Below, in pieces: positions 20,028 to 29,967 of a DNA stretch of 64,000 nt. The DNA comes from Planctomycetota bacterium. Lineage in GTDB: Bacteria > Planctomycetota > UBA11346. The position numbers were made by a program, and so were the translations under genes. The stretch spans positions 79,376 through 143,375 of the forward strand of contig JBBRLJ010000004.1 in NCBI GenBank assembly GCA_038231435.1, read 5' to 3'. Below the pieces are notes generated by a model. The model saw only the letters and a list, made by a program, of their open reading frames with translations. It searched no databases and was not told where the DNA came from. Numbering within the stretch: position 1 is the stretch's first letter; the number at the start of each line of letters is the position of its first letter.

Positions 20028-21551
20028 TCACGGCCACGATGGGACGATCGCCACGCCGGGATAGAAGCGGGCGAGGATGGCTTCGGCTTGATCGCCGTCG
20101 GTGGCCATCTTCCACGCGCTGACCTGGGACAGGCCGACGCCGTGGCCGAAACCGCGGCCGGCGAGCACCAGTGTCCCGCCGGTGGCGCCCTTGCCGGCGG
20201 CCATCACGCAGCGGTCCCACCAGGTCGAACGCACCAGGCCCGGTCCGACGGCCATGCGGAAATCCGCGGCCGACAGCAGCGTGGTGAATTCCTTCTTTCC
20301 GATGCGATGGCGGATGGAGACGGTGGCGACCCGGCCCGAATCGGCGAAGCGCTGGCCGGGCTTGACCTCGAGCACCGTGCCGAAGGTCAGCCGCGATTCG
20401 GGATGCTCGCGTGTCCAATCGGCGAGTCCGCTGGTGATGTCCGCCAACGGCACGTTGACCTTCCATTGCCAGTGCGTCTCGAGCATGCGCAGCGCAGCGG
20501 CGCCGCCGCGTGCGGACGGATCGTCGACCACCGGCATCGCCGGCGTCGCGCTGCCACCGTCGGCGCCGCGTAGTTCTGGCCACAGGTTCGCGGCCGACTC
20601 GGTGCGCCCGCCCGAGCAGGCGTGGAACAGAGCCGGCACCGGCGAGCCGTGATACTCGAGCACCCTGCCGCGCGTGGCGTCGAGCGCCTGGTGGACTCCG
20701 GCATAGCGTTTCGCCGGACAGCCGCCGTAGGCCATGTCCACGCTGTAGTGCCAATGCAGCTGCCAGGCCGAGGCGGCACGATCGAGGTAATGCGCCGAGG
20801 CGTAGCTGCGCGCCGCGACCGCCTGGGCCTTGAGCGCTTCGAGCGGCCAACTCGGCACCATCTCGGTCGGCAGCACGCCGGCCAGGTAGGTCTCCATCGG
20901 TACCAGTTCGATCAGCTGGACGCGTCCGGTACGATCGAGGTGCAGGACCGGGCTGCCCGAGAAGCGCAGGCTCTGCGGCTTGCCGATCGGCGGAGTCAGC
21001 CGCGCGGCGAAGCGCGCGCCATCGGATCCCGGCGCCGCATCGAGCGCGAGGGTGATGTCGGCAGCGCAGGCGACGCCATTGATGCTGATCCCTCGTCCAT
21101 CCGAGGATGGTTGCGCCACGTAGATCCCGGGCGAGACGGGCGTGGATCCGAGATGACCCGACGCGAGCAGCGTGAATTCGACGCTGGAGCCTGATTGCAG
21201 CAGCACGCGGATGATCGGCTCGGTGGCGATCGACGCGCGCGGCGCCATCGGCCGCGAGCCTTGCGGCGCTGACGGGAGTGGATCGGGAGCCGGAACCGCG
21301 CTCTGGGCACCCGCCGGAGGCGCCACCTGGTACGGCGCCTCGACGCTGTCGGATGGCTCGCCATGCTTACCGCGCGACGCGCACGCCACCGGAGACAGCA
21401 TGGCCAACGCCATGAACGTGAACGCGATTGCCGGGGGCAGCCACAGGCGGCGGTCCGCGAACACGCCGCGCGCCTCGCCCACTATTCTTCCCAGGACCCT
21501 GCCGAGGTTCCTGCCGAGGTCTCCGATCACCTGCCGCGCGCCGCTGGACAT
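20028..21551 (-). CDS. SpoIID/LytB domain protein, paralogue 2 (start uncertain)
   Basis: VPMETYLAGVLPTEM, WPLEALKAQAVAARSYA, FHACSGGRTE, GRGFGHGVGLSQ. Confidence 0.92.
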   Translation of the reverse strand: MSSGARQVIGDLGRNLGRVLGRIVGEARGVFADRRLWLPPAIAFTFMALAMLSPVACASRGKHGEPSDSVEAPYQVAPPAGAQSAVPAPDPLPSAPQGSRPMAPRASIATEPIIRVLLQSGSSVEFTLLASGHLGSTPVSPGIYVAQPSSDGRGISINGVACAADITLALDAAPGSDGARFAARLTPPIGKPQSLRFSGSPVLHLDRTGRVQLIELVPMETYLAGVLPTEMVPSWPLEALKAQAVAARSYASAHYLDRAASAWQLHWHYSVDMAYGGCPAKRYAGVHQALDATRGRVLEYHGSPVPALFHACSGGRTESAANLWPELRGADGGSATPAMPVVDDPSARGGAAALRMLETHWQWKVNVPLADITSGLADWTREHPESRLTFGTVLEVKPGQRFADSGRVATVSIRHRIGKKEFTTLLSAADFRMAVGPGLVRSTWWDRCVMAAGKGATGGTLVLAGRGFGHGVGLSQVSAWKMATDGDQAEAILARFYPGVAIVPSWP

Positions 21552-21578
21552 GCGGGAAGCATGCCGCGAAAAGACCGT

Positions 21579-22424
21579 TCAGCCATGATTGATCGTGGCG
21601 GGCGCGGTGAAAACCCCGCTCCAGCCGTCCCAGGCCATGACCACGTCCGGGGGCAGGCGACGAGCCCACTCGGCGTGGCGCACCTCGTGGCCCATGTGGG
21701 TGAGCACCGTGTGCTTCGGCGCGAGCCGGCGGATGACCGCCTCGGCCTCGGCCCAGCACAGGTGGGTGGGGTGCGGCTCCTCGCGCAGCATGTCGAGGAC
21801 CAGCAGATCGAGCCCGCGCAGATGGCGGTCCGCCGAGGACGGCAGCTCCTTCAGGTCGGTGAGGTAGGCGAGCGTGCCGCAGCGGAAGCCGGTGGTGCGC
21901 CCCCCAGGGCCATGGCTCATCGCGAAGGGAATGGTCTCGAGCCCGCAGATGCCGGTAGGAACGTCGTCCGAGAGTTCGCGCGCCACCAGCGATGGCGAGC
22001 CCATGTGGTAGAGCTCGTCGCGCGATCCGAAGCAGAACGGGAACATCGCCACCAGCCGCTCGAGATGGTCGGGATGGCCGTACACCGGGATGCTCTGGCC
22101 CTTCATCAGGCGGTTGAGATGGCGCAGGTCGTTGATGCCGTGGGAATGGTCGGCGTGGTCGTGGGTGAGCAGCACCCCGTCGCAACGGGTGATGCAGCGC
22201 GCGGGATAGCCGAGTCCGTCCCAATCGCGATGCGGGTCGCGCATCTGATGCATGAGGTCAGGACCGCAATCGATCAGCAGGGTCTGGCCCTTGGGGCCGA
22301 TCAGGACCGCTCCGGAACGGCGGCGGAGATCCTTCGGATCGGAGGACCACATCGCCGGGTAGCCCCAGGGTGGGTTGCCGTGGCTGGTGCCGCAGCCGGT
22401 GATGACGATCTGCCAGGAGGGCAT
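21579..22424 (-). CDS. MBL-fold metallohydrolase (PhnP-like phosphodiesterase)
   Basis: GCGTSHG, LIDCGPD, LTHDHADHSHGIND, YLTD, HPTH, THMGH. Confidence 0.9.
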   Translation of the reverse strand: MPSWQIVITGCGTSHGNPPWGYPAMWSSDPKDLRRRSGAVLIGPKGQTLLIDCGPDLMHQMRDPHRDWDGLGYPARCITRCDGVLLTHDHADHSHGINDLRHLNRLMKGQSIPVYGHPDHLERLVAMFPFCFGSRDELYHMGSPSLVARELSDDVPTGICGLETIPFAMSHGPGGRTTGFRCGTLAYLTDLKELPSSADRHLRGLDLLVLDMLREEPHPTHLCWAEAEAVIRRLAPKHTVLTHMGHEVRHAEWARRLPPDVVMAWDGWSGVFTAPATINHG

Positions 22425-22512
22425 GGCGGGAGCTTAGTTCGGGGGACGGGGGGAAGCTAGATGGGAGGGGTGGATGGCTGACAGGGGTGGGATGGGGGGG
22501 GGGGGGGGAATT

Positions 22513-22562
22513 GGGAAGGGAAGACGGAAGACGGAAGAGTGAAGAGTGAAGACTGAAGACCG
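22513..22562. repeat. Heptamer tandem array (single arm) next to a 15-G run
   Basis: GAAGACG GAAGACG GAAGAGT GAAGAGT GAAGACT GAAGACC; G15 at 22494-22508. Confidence 0.8.
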
Positions 22563-22605
22563 GAGACAAGACGGAGCGAGACTCAGAAGCTCCCCTGCGT
22601 CCTCC

Positions 22606-24438
22606 TCACGTTGACTCCGCCGCCGTGGCGAACTGCCTATACAAATTCATATACACCCCCCCGCGATCCAGCAGCTCCTCGTGCCTCCCCCTCTCCACCA
22701 CCTTCCCGTGGTCGAGCACCAGCACCTGGTCCGCGTGCCTGATGGTGCTCAGGCGATGCGCGACCACGAAGCTGGTCCGTCCGGCGAGCAGCGTCTCGAG
22801 CGCGCGCTGCAGTCGCGCCTCGGTCATGCCGTCCACCGAGCTGGTGGCCTCGTCGAGGATGAGGATGCGCGGGTCGGCGAGCAGGGCGCGGGCGAAGCAC
22901 ACCAGTTGGCGCTGGCCGAGCGAGATGCCGCTGCCGCGCTCGCCGACGACGGTGGCGAAGCCGTTGGGCAGCGCCTCGATCAGATCGAGGCAGTTCAGGC
23001 GACGCGCGGCCTCGACGATCTCGGCGTCCGTCGCCTCGGGACGACCGACGCGGATGTTGTCGTAGATCGTGCCGCTGAAGAGGAAGTTGTTCTGGGCCAC
23101 CAGGCCCATCTGCCGGTGCAGCGAATGGCTGGTGACGCTACGCAGGTCGTGGCCGTCGACGAGGATCTCGCCGGAAGTCGGCAGGTAGAATTTCGCAATC
23201 AGGTTGATGATCGAGCTCTTCCCGGACCCGGTGTGGCCGACCAACGCGACGGTCTGCCCGGGTTCGACGACCAGATCGACATCCAGGAGCACCGGCCTGC
23301 CGGCATCGTAGGCGAAGCCGACGCGCCTGAGTTCGACGCGGCCGCGGATGGGCGGCAGATCCGTGGCGCCTGGCGGATCCTGCCAGGCCGGCTTGGTGTC
23401 GAGCAGCTTGAAGATGCGTTCGGCCCCGGCCATGGCGGTGAGCGCCTGGTTGTAGAGGTTGCCCAGAGTCGGGATCGGGCCGAAGAACAGATTGGCGAGA
23501 ACGAAGAACTGAAGGAGCGTCTCGACGTGCATCTCGCCGCCCAGGACCCAGGTGCCGCCGATGATCAGCAGCAGCGCGGTGAACAGCTGGCCGTTGAATT
23601 CGAGCAGCGGCAGGAACACCGCCGACAGCTGCGCGACGCCCATGCTGTAGCGTGAATGGTCGAGGATCAGCGAGCGGAAGAGACCGCCGTTGACGTCCTG
23701 GCGCACGAAGCCCTGGGTGACGCGGATGCCGTTGACCGATTCGGCGAGCGTGGCGGTCACGCGGCTGAAGCTCTCCTGCACCTCGCGATTGGCGCGGCTG
23801 AGCTTGAAGCGGAATTTGCGGTTGATGGTCCACAGCACCGGCACCATCGCCAGCACCACCATGAACAGCTTCCAGTCCATCCACACCATGCACGCCGCCG
23901 CGCCCAGCATCTGGCCGAACTGCACCACGCTGACGAAGGCGACATCCTGCACGCCGGCGCGCACCACGTCGACGTCCGAGGTGATGCGGCTGATGATGCG
24001 CCCGAGCCTGGTCTTGTGGTAGAACTCCATCGGCAGGGTCTGCAGGTGCCGGTAGATAGCGTCGCGTAGATCGTGGACCACCGCCTCGCCCAGCTCCAGC
24101 GCAAGCCGCTGGCGGAAGTGCAGGCAGATGTTGGTGAACAGCGCCAGCGCGAGGTACCCGCCGACCGCCGATAGGATGACCTGGAAATCGCGCTGATCCT
24201 GCGGCAGCTTGTGCTGGCGCACGATCAGGCCCAGCACCCAGCCCATGGCCATGCCCAGGGCCGGCAGCTGCAGCGAGCGCAGGATGACGAAGGCGTAGAG
24301 CACATTGCGCTTGAGCGCGTACGGCCTGGTGAACGAGAACATGCGCACGATCAACGCGTATTCGAGCGGACGCTGCTCGATCTCGCGCTCGCGCGCGGGC
24401 TGGATCTGCACGATGCCACCGAGCGGCTTGCCGGTCAT
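22606..24438 (-). CDS. ABC exporter, permease/ATP-binding subunit
   Basis: TM domain; GHTGSGKS, ISLGQRQ (degenerate signature), LILDEATS, AHRLSTI. Confidence 0.95.
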   Translation of the reverse strand: MTGKPLGGIVQIQPAREREIEQRPLEYALIVRMFSFTRPYALKRNVLYAFVILRSLQLPALGMAMGWVLGLIVRQHKLPQDQRDFQVILSAVGGYLALALFTNICLHFRQRLALELGEAVVHDLRDAIYRHLQTLPMEFYHKTRLGRIISRITSDVDVVRAGVQDVAFVSVVQFGQMLGAAACMVWMDWKLFMVVLAMVPVLWTINRKFRFKLSRANREVQESFSRVTATLAESVNGIRVTQGFVRQDVNGGLFRSLILDHSRYSMGVAQLSAVFLPLLEFNGQLFTALLLIIGGTWVLGGEMHVETLLQFFVLANLFFGPIPTLGNLYNQALTAMAGAERIFKLLDTKPAWQDPPGATDLPPIRGRVELRRVGFAYDAGRPVLLDVDLVVEPGQTVALVGHTGSGKSSIINLIAKFYLPTSGEILVDGHDLRSVTSHSLHRQMGLVAQNNFLFSGTIYDNIRVGRPEATDAEIVEAARRLNCLDLIEALPNGFATVVGERGSGISLGQRQLVCFARALLADPRILILDEATSSVDGMTEARLQRALETLLAGRTSFVVAHRLSTIRHADQVLVLDHGKVVERGRHEELLDRGGVYMNLYRQFATAAEST

Positions 24439-26303
24439 GGCTGATCCGCCTCGCGCAGGCGGCGACGCGTGTCGTCGTCCATCAGCTGCATCTCGGCGGC
24501 ACGGAAATAGTGACCGCCGGCGCGCATCAGTTCGTCATGACCGCCACGCTCGACGATGCGGCCGCCATCGAGCACCAGGATGGTGTCAGCGCGTTTGAGC
24601 GTGCTCAGGCGGTGGGCGACCACGAAGGTGGTGCGGCCCTTGATCGCCTTGTCCATGGCCTCGAGGATCTCGTGCTCGGTCTGCGCGTCGATCGCGGCGG
24701 TGGGATCGTCGAGCAGCATGATCGATGGCTCGAGCAGCACCGCGCGGGCGATCGCCAGGCGCTGGCGCTGGCCGCCCGAGAGGTTCACACCGGATTCGCC
24801 GAGTATGGTCTGGTAGCCGTGGGCCAGTCCGACGATGAACTCATGCGCGCTCGCCACCCTGGCGGCGCGTTCGATCTGCTCCTGCGTGGCCTCGGGATGG
24901 CCGAAGGCGATGTTCGCCGCCACAGTGTGGCTGAACAGGAAGCTCTCCTGGAAGACCAGGCCAATGCGCCGACGGAGCGTATCCACGTCCATGCGCCTGA
25001 TGTCGGTGCCATCGATGAGGATCTGCCCGCGCGTCGGGTCGTAGAAGCGCGGGATCAGGCTCATCAGCGTGCTCTTGCCGGATCCGGTTGCGCCGAGGAT
25101 CGCCACGCATTCCCCTGGTTTCACCGCGAAATCGATATCGGTGAGTACCGGATCGCCGGCCTGGTAGTGGAACGATACCTGCTGGAAGGTGACCGCGCCC
25201 GAGATCGCCACGGGTTTGACCGCCTCCTTGGGGCTCTGGACCTCGATCGGGGTGTCGAGCACCTCGAACACCCGCTTGGCGCCGACCAGGCTCTGCTGCG
25301 CGGTGTTGGTGATGTTGGCGATCGACGACACCTGCGCCGAGAACTGCGAGAGCAGGCCGACGAACACCATCAGTCCGGTGCCGAATTCCAGCTGATCGTC
25401 GAGCACCAGCCAGCCGCCGTACGACAGCAGAACGGTCAGGCTGACCAGCGGCAGCATTTCCACCGTCGGGTTGTAGAAGCTCAGGCGCCAAAAGATGCGG
25501 CGCTGCTGATCGCGGACCTCGGCGTTGGCGGTCGCGAACTTGGCGTGCTGCTCACGCTCGCGCGCGAAGCCCTTGGTCACCTGGATGCCCTGCATGCTCT
25601 CCGTGAAGCCGAGGATCATGGTGTCCACCAGATCGCGGTTCTTCGCGTACTCGGGTCGCACCCAGCGCGAGAACAGGGTGGTGATGATCCACAGCACCGG
25701 GACGGTGAGCAGGCAGACCACGGTGAGACGCACGTGCAGCGACAGCATGTAGCCGAGGTAGATCGCCAGCGACAACACCATGATCACGCTCTGCATGAGC
25801 ACGCCGTCCACGAACGCACGCACCGACTGCACGTCACCGGTCACGCGATTGATGATCGAGCCGCTCGCGTTGGCGTCGAAGAAGCGGAAGCTCAAGCGCT
25901 GGAGCTTGTCGTAGACCTGCCCGCGCAGGTGGACCACGATCTCTTGCTGCACCAGGCGGGTGAGGGCCATGGTGTAGAAATAGTTGAGCACCGCGCGGGC
26001 CGCGGCCATGCCCAGCACCAACAGACCGATCAGTCCGATCTCGGCGGTCGGCTTCCAGGTCGCTGGCGGATGCAGGCCGAAGGGCCAATGCGCGGGCTTG
26101 CCGTTATCGGCGTGCTCCTTGATGACATCGAAGCCGAGTCCAATGAGCCCGAGGCCGGCGACGCCCAGCAACAGCAGCACCACCTGGTAGCTCAAGACCG
26201 CCAGGCATTGCCGTCGGTACTGCCAGCTGAGCGCGAGCAGACGACGGATGAGCCGACCGTTGTCGTAGGGGTCGGGCAGGACTGGACGCGGTGAGTCGGT
26301 CAT
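24435..26303 (-). CDS. ABC exporter, permease/ATP-binding subunit (heterodimer partner)
   Basis: GATGSGKS, LSGGQRQR, LLDDPT (Walker B Glu replaced by Asp, typical of degenerate heterodimer sites). Confidence 0.95.
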   Translation of the reverse strand: MTDSPRPVLPDPYDNGRLIRRLLALSWQYRRQCLAVLSYQVVLLLLGVAGLGLIGLGFDVIKEHADNGKPAHWPFGLHPPATWKPTAEIGLIGLLVLGMAAARAVLNYFYTMALTRLVQQEIVVHLRGQVYDKLQRLSFRFFDANASGSIINRVTGDVQSVRAFVDGVLMQSVIMVLSLAIYLGYMLSLHVRLTVVCLLTVPVLWIITTLFSRWVRPEYAKNRDLVDTMILGFTESMQGIQVTKGFAREREQHAKFATANAEVRDQQRRIFWRLSFYNPTVEMLPLVSLTVLLSYGGWLVLDDQLEFGTGLMVFVGLLSQFSAQVSSIANITNTAQQSLVGAKRVFEVLDTPIEVQSPKEAVKPVAISGAVTFQQVSFHYQAGDPVLTDIDFAVKPGECVAILGATGSGKSTLMSLIPRFYDPTRGQILIDGTDIRRMDVDTLRRRIGLVFQESFLFSHTVAANIAFGHPEATQEQIERAARVASAHEFIVGLAHGYQTILGESGVNLSGGQRQRLAIARAVLLEPSIMLLDDPTAAIDAQTEHEILEAMDKAIKGRTTFVVAHRLSTLKRADTILVLDGGRIVERGGHDELMRAGGHYFRAAEMQLMDDDTRRRLREADQP

Positions 26304-26556
26304 GTGGCGGACGAGCCGTGGCGGCTGCGTGCGAGACCAGGGAGTGTAGACAGCGTCGAGCGAACGATAGGCCGGCTCCAGAAGCATCGGCCATGCCATT
26401 GCTTGCGGGGCTTTGAGCTCACCGGCGCTGGTATTTTCCACTCCCCGGTGGTCGATCCGTCGAAGAGCACCCTCGTACAACGTTTCGGGCTCGGCGATTG
26501 GAGGATGAAGGAGGAGCCGCTCCGATGCTGCCTCACACGAAGGAGCCATACATCAC

Positions 26557-27231
26557 ATGCGCTGCACCACTGCCATCTCCGCCCTCACCGCCACCCTCGC
26601 ACTCATGGCCATCCCCATGCCCAGCGCCGTCGCCATGGACCGCGACAACCAGGCGACCGTCAACCGCGCGACCGGAAATACCCGCCCGTCGCTCGGTCAC
26701 GAAAATGCGCGCAGCGGCAACAGCTACGAGATCAATGATCTGCGCGGCGAGATCGGCCTGCTGCCGAACCACGCCTCGAATGGCGTGCAATGGGATTCCA
26801 ACATCCGCGTCGGCATCCAGGCGATGCGTTCTACCGAGCGCATGGGGGACTATGGCGGCCTGATCTATGGCGGCGAGTTCTCAGTGAACTTCGCCAACGA
26901 CCCGAGGGTCGACATGAACAGTGAAGTCTTCACCGGCATGGTCGGATGGGGCTACAAGCTGCAGCAGGTCGAGGGCCTGCATTTCGAGGGCACGCCGTTC
27001 CTCGGGCTCGGCTTCGCCCAGCTCAAGGCGTCGGGCGGCAACAGCGCCGATTCCCTCTATTACGAGTACGGTCTGCGCGTGGCCGCCATCTATACGTTCG
27101 AGAACCTCTGGCAGATCGGCGGCGATCTGCGTCTGCTACGCAACCACGTCTCGCCCGATTTCGGCGGTGGCAACGTCGACATCAACACCAGCGGTCCGGC
27201 CCTGCTGTTCGTGGTCGGCAAGCGTTTCTGA
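26557..27231 (+). CDS. Outer-membrane beta-barrel protein
   Basis: Signal peptide, alternating amphipathic strands rich in Gly and aromatics, C-terminal FVVGKRF; AAGGAG SD. Confidence 0.75.
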   Translation: MRCTTAISALTATLALMAIPMPSAVAMDRDNQATVNRATGNTRPSLGHENARSGNSYEINDLRGEIGLLPNHASNGVQWDSNIRVGIQAMRSTERMGDYGGLIYGGEFSVNFANDPRVDMNSEVFTGMVGWGYKLQQVEGLHFEGTPFLGLGFAQLKASGGNSADSLYYEYGLRVAAIYTFENLWQIGGDLRLLRNHVSPDFGGGNVDINTSGPALLFVVGKRF

Positions 27232-27275
27232 GTGCACGGCGGCGGGCGGCCCGCCATCCGTCGATCGTGATCTCC

Positions 27276-27310
27276 GCTCCCCGCGGCACCAGCCGCGGGG
27301 AGCTTCGTTT
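27276..27310 (+). terminator. Probable intrinsic terminator
   Basis: 12-bp stem GCTCCCCGCGGC-ACCA-GCCGCGGGGAGC followed by TTCGTTT, downstream of the OMP gene. Confidence 0.65.
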
Positions 27311-27369
27311 CGCCCAGGAGGGACTGGTCCGGGGTTGCGCCCGATGGGGATGCGGGAATCGTCAGCGCG

Positions 27370-28173
27370 ATGCGTCCGACGCTCGTCGCCCTGGATCTCG
27401 ACGGTACCCTGCTGACCGAGGATTCGCGCCTGCCCGAGGGCCATGCCCGCGCAGTGCGCGAACTCACCAGCCTCGGTGCGACCGTGGCCATCGTCACCGG
27501 CAGGCCGCTCCTGACCACGGACTGGGTATGGCGCGCGCTCGGCCTGCCCGTGCCCGTGGTCTGCTTCAATGGATCGTGGGTCGGCACGCCAGGACGGACG
27601 CCGCTCGCCTGCGCCGCGCTGAGTGAGTCCGAAGCCCGCGCCATCATCGCCGAATTGCGCGCCTTCGATGGCGCGATCTGCGCCTATCCTGACGTGCACA
27701 GCTGGGTGATGGACCACGAGATCGCGCATACTCGCCGCTGGCGCGAGTATTATGGCGTGCCCATAACCATCGAACCCGCGCGGTTCGACGCCTGGCAAGG
27801 ATCCACGCTCAAGCTGATGTTCGTCGCGCCGCCAGCCGCGATGGCCTCGATCGCGCCGCTTCTGCATGCATCCCTCGGCAAGCGCTTCTACGTGGTGCTC
27901 AGCCAGGAGGACCGCATCGAGATCCTGCCGCGCGGCATCACCAAGGCCTGGGGCCTCGAGCGCCTCGCGCGGCACGTCGGTGTCGCCCGTGACGACGTGT
28001 GGGCTGTGGGCGATGCCGACAACGACCGCGAGATGGTGGCGTGGGCCGGCCACGGCTGCGCCATGGGCCAGGCGCCGCCAGGGCTCAAGCGCCTCGCCCG
28101 TCACGTGCTGCCGTCGATCCAGGCCCGCGGGCTGTGTGCCCTGCCGACGCTGATCGAACGCGAGTCGCGATGA
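27370..28173 (+). CDS. Cof-type HAD-IIB phosphatase
   Basis: ALDLDGTLL, VTGR, TKAWG, GDADND. Confidence 0.93.
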   Translation: MRPTLVALDLDGTLLTEDSRLPEGHARAVRELTSLGATVAIVTGRPLLTTDWVWRALGLPVPVVCFNGSWVGTPGRTPLACAALSESEARAIIAELRAFDGAICAYPDVHSWVMDHEIAHTRRWREYYGVPITIEPARFDAWQGSTLKLMFVAPPAAMASIAPLLHASLGKRFYVVLSQEDRIEILPRGITKAWGLERLARHVGVARDDVWAVGDADNDREMVAWAGHGCAMGQAPPGLKRLARHVLPSIQARGLCALPTLIERESR

Positions 28174-28712
28174 CCAGCCAGACGGCCGACGACGGGACCT
28201 GGGCCTATCAATGGCCAGCGGGCGCCCGCCTGGCGCGCGACTTCGCCACGATCGTCAGCTGCGTCGGCCTGGCGGTGTGCGATCTGGGCTGCGGAGCCGG
28301 TGCGCTCGGCCGCGCCGCGCTCGCCGGCGGAGCGCGGTCGGTGACCTTCGCCGACGGCAATCCCGCTGCGCTCGCGTCGGTACACGCGGCCCTGGGCGCG
28401 ATGGCTGACGACGCGCGCATCGAATTCCATCCCCACCGCTGGGGCGAGCCGCTGCCGGGAGCACCGTACGACCTCATCCTCGGCGGCGATATCCTCTACC
28501 GCCCCGAATGTTTCGCCGACCTGCTCACCTCGATCGCCCATGGCTTAGGCGAACATGGACGATGCCTGCTGTCCGACCCGCGCAAGGTCCTGGAGCCCGA
28601 GTTGCCGATGTTCGCCGAGGAACGGGCGTTGACGTGGACGACCAGGAGGATGAAGGATTATACGTTGGTGGGGATAGCCAAGAAGATGGGAGAAGAGAAG
28701 ACTGAAGGCTGA
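28170..28712 (+). CDS. Class I SAM methyltransferase (Methyltransf_16 / lysine-MTase-like)
   Basis: WPAGARLA, DLGCGAG, YDLILGGDILY; ATGA overlap with the HAD gene. Confidence 0.82.
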   Translation: MTSQTADDGTWAYQWPAGARLARDFATIVSCVGLAVCDLGCGAGALGRAALAGGARSVTFADGNPAALASVHAALGAMADDARIEFHPHRWGEPLPGAPYDLILGGDILYRPECFADLLTSIAHGLGEHGRCLLSDPRKVLEPELPMFAEERALTWTTRRMKDYTLVGIAKKMGEEKTEG

Positions 28713-28803
28713 AGGCTGAAGGCTGAAGGCTGAAGACTGAAGCATCTGCCCCCTCTTTCATCTTCCATCTTCTATCTTCTATCTTCTATCTTCAGTCTTC
28801 CCT
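28689..28803. repeat. Inverted pair of heptamer tandem arrays supplying stop codons of both flanking genes
   Basis: (CTGAAGG)4 plus CTGAAGA, then (TCTTCTA)3 and TCTTCAG. Confidence 0.85.
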
Positions 28804-29783
28804 TTTCCCGCCTTCTCCCTCTCCCTGACCCGTTCCAAAACCTCCTCCATCCGTGGCGTCCGCACCCCGAGGACCTTCGCCCTCCTCACCGGCTCCGCGA
28901 ACATCGCCTCGGTCTCCATCGGCTCCCCCGCACGCCAATCCAGTAACGTGCTGGTGAGGTACGGCCCCATGCTCTCGGTGCGCGCAATCATCTCGCGCAC
29001 CCAGTCATCACCGATGTGCGCGGCCGAACCGGCGGCCGACAGGTCCGCGTTCGCCACCGCTACCACCTCGCGCATGAGCTCCTCGAGCAGTGCGCGGCTC
29101 GCGGGATCGCGCATGATCTCCTCGGTCGACGAGCCCTGCTCGCCGAGGGCGACGCTCAGACCGTTGTAGGGGAAGTTCCAGACCAGCTTGCGCCAGCGCG
29201 CTTCCAGCAGGCAGGCGACGCCGTGGTGGGCGATGCCGGCCAAGTCGAGCAGCCCGGTAAGCTCGGCGACACGCTCGGGGCGATCCCGGAAATGCCCGAC
29301 CAGCACTTTGCCATGTGCTTGATGATGGATGCTACCATCTGCGCGGCGACGCACGCACACGTGGGCCACGGCGCCGAACACGCGCTCGGGATCGCACCAC
29401 GACGCGAGCGCTTCTTCAACGCCCAAGCCGTTGCACATCGCGACGATGCGCGTGGATGCGCCGAGCATCGGATCGAGCAGCGCGCGCGCCGCCGGTAGGG
29501 CCGTGGTCTTCAGCGCCAGCAGCACCCAATCGGGAGCGCCGCCTCGCGCGCATTCGGCGGGAGCGAGGCAGGCGTGGAATGCGCCCGGAGACAGGTGCAG
29601 CGACGCTCCGTCGCGCGCGCGCGCGATCTCGGGAGTCGGGGTGGTGTCGATGCGGATGCCGTCGGCGCTGATGCGCGCATGATCGCGCCTGAGCAGGAAA
29701 CGCAGATCCAGCCCCGCGAGCGCGAACTGCGCGCCGTAGAACAGCCCGATCGCGCCGCTGCCGACCACCGCCATCGAGGCCAT
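28779..29783 (-). CDS. panE: 2-dehydropantoate 2-reductase
   Basis: GSGAIG, LALKT, CNGLGVEE, WRKLVWNFPYN, TSTLLD..E. Confidence 0.9.
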   Translation of the reverse strand: MASMAVVGSGAIGLFYGAQFALAGLDLRFLLRRDHARISADGIRIDTTPTPEIARARDGASLHLSPGAFHACLAPAECARGGAPDWVLLALKTTALPAARALLDPMLGASTRIVAMCNGLGVEEALASWCDPERVFGAVAHVCVRRRADGSIHHQAHGKVLVGHFRDRPERVAELTGLLDLAGIAHHGVACLLEARWRKLVWNFPYNGLSVALGEQGSSTEEIMRDPASRALLEELMREVVAVANADLSAAGSAAHIGDDWVREMIARTESMGPYLTSTLLDWRAGEPMETEAMFAEPVRRAKVLGVRTPRMEEVLERVREREKAGKGKTEDRR

Positions 29784-29967
29784 GCCGACATCCTACGCCG
29801 CAAACCAGCGCGCGCACCGGCGAGCGCCAGGCGGGGCTCCAGGAGGGTTGCCGCGCATGGATGCAACCACGGTCGTGCGAACGGTTTCTACGCGGAAAAA
29901 CGCGGTATTGTATGCTCTCCTTGGGGGTTGTCTTGGTCACCTCGGATCACAAACTGCCGCATTCCCC

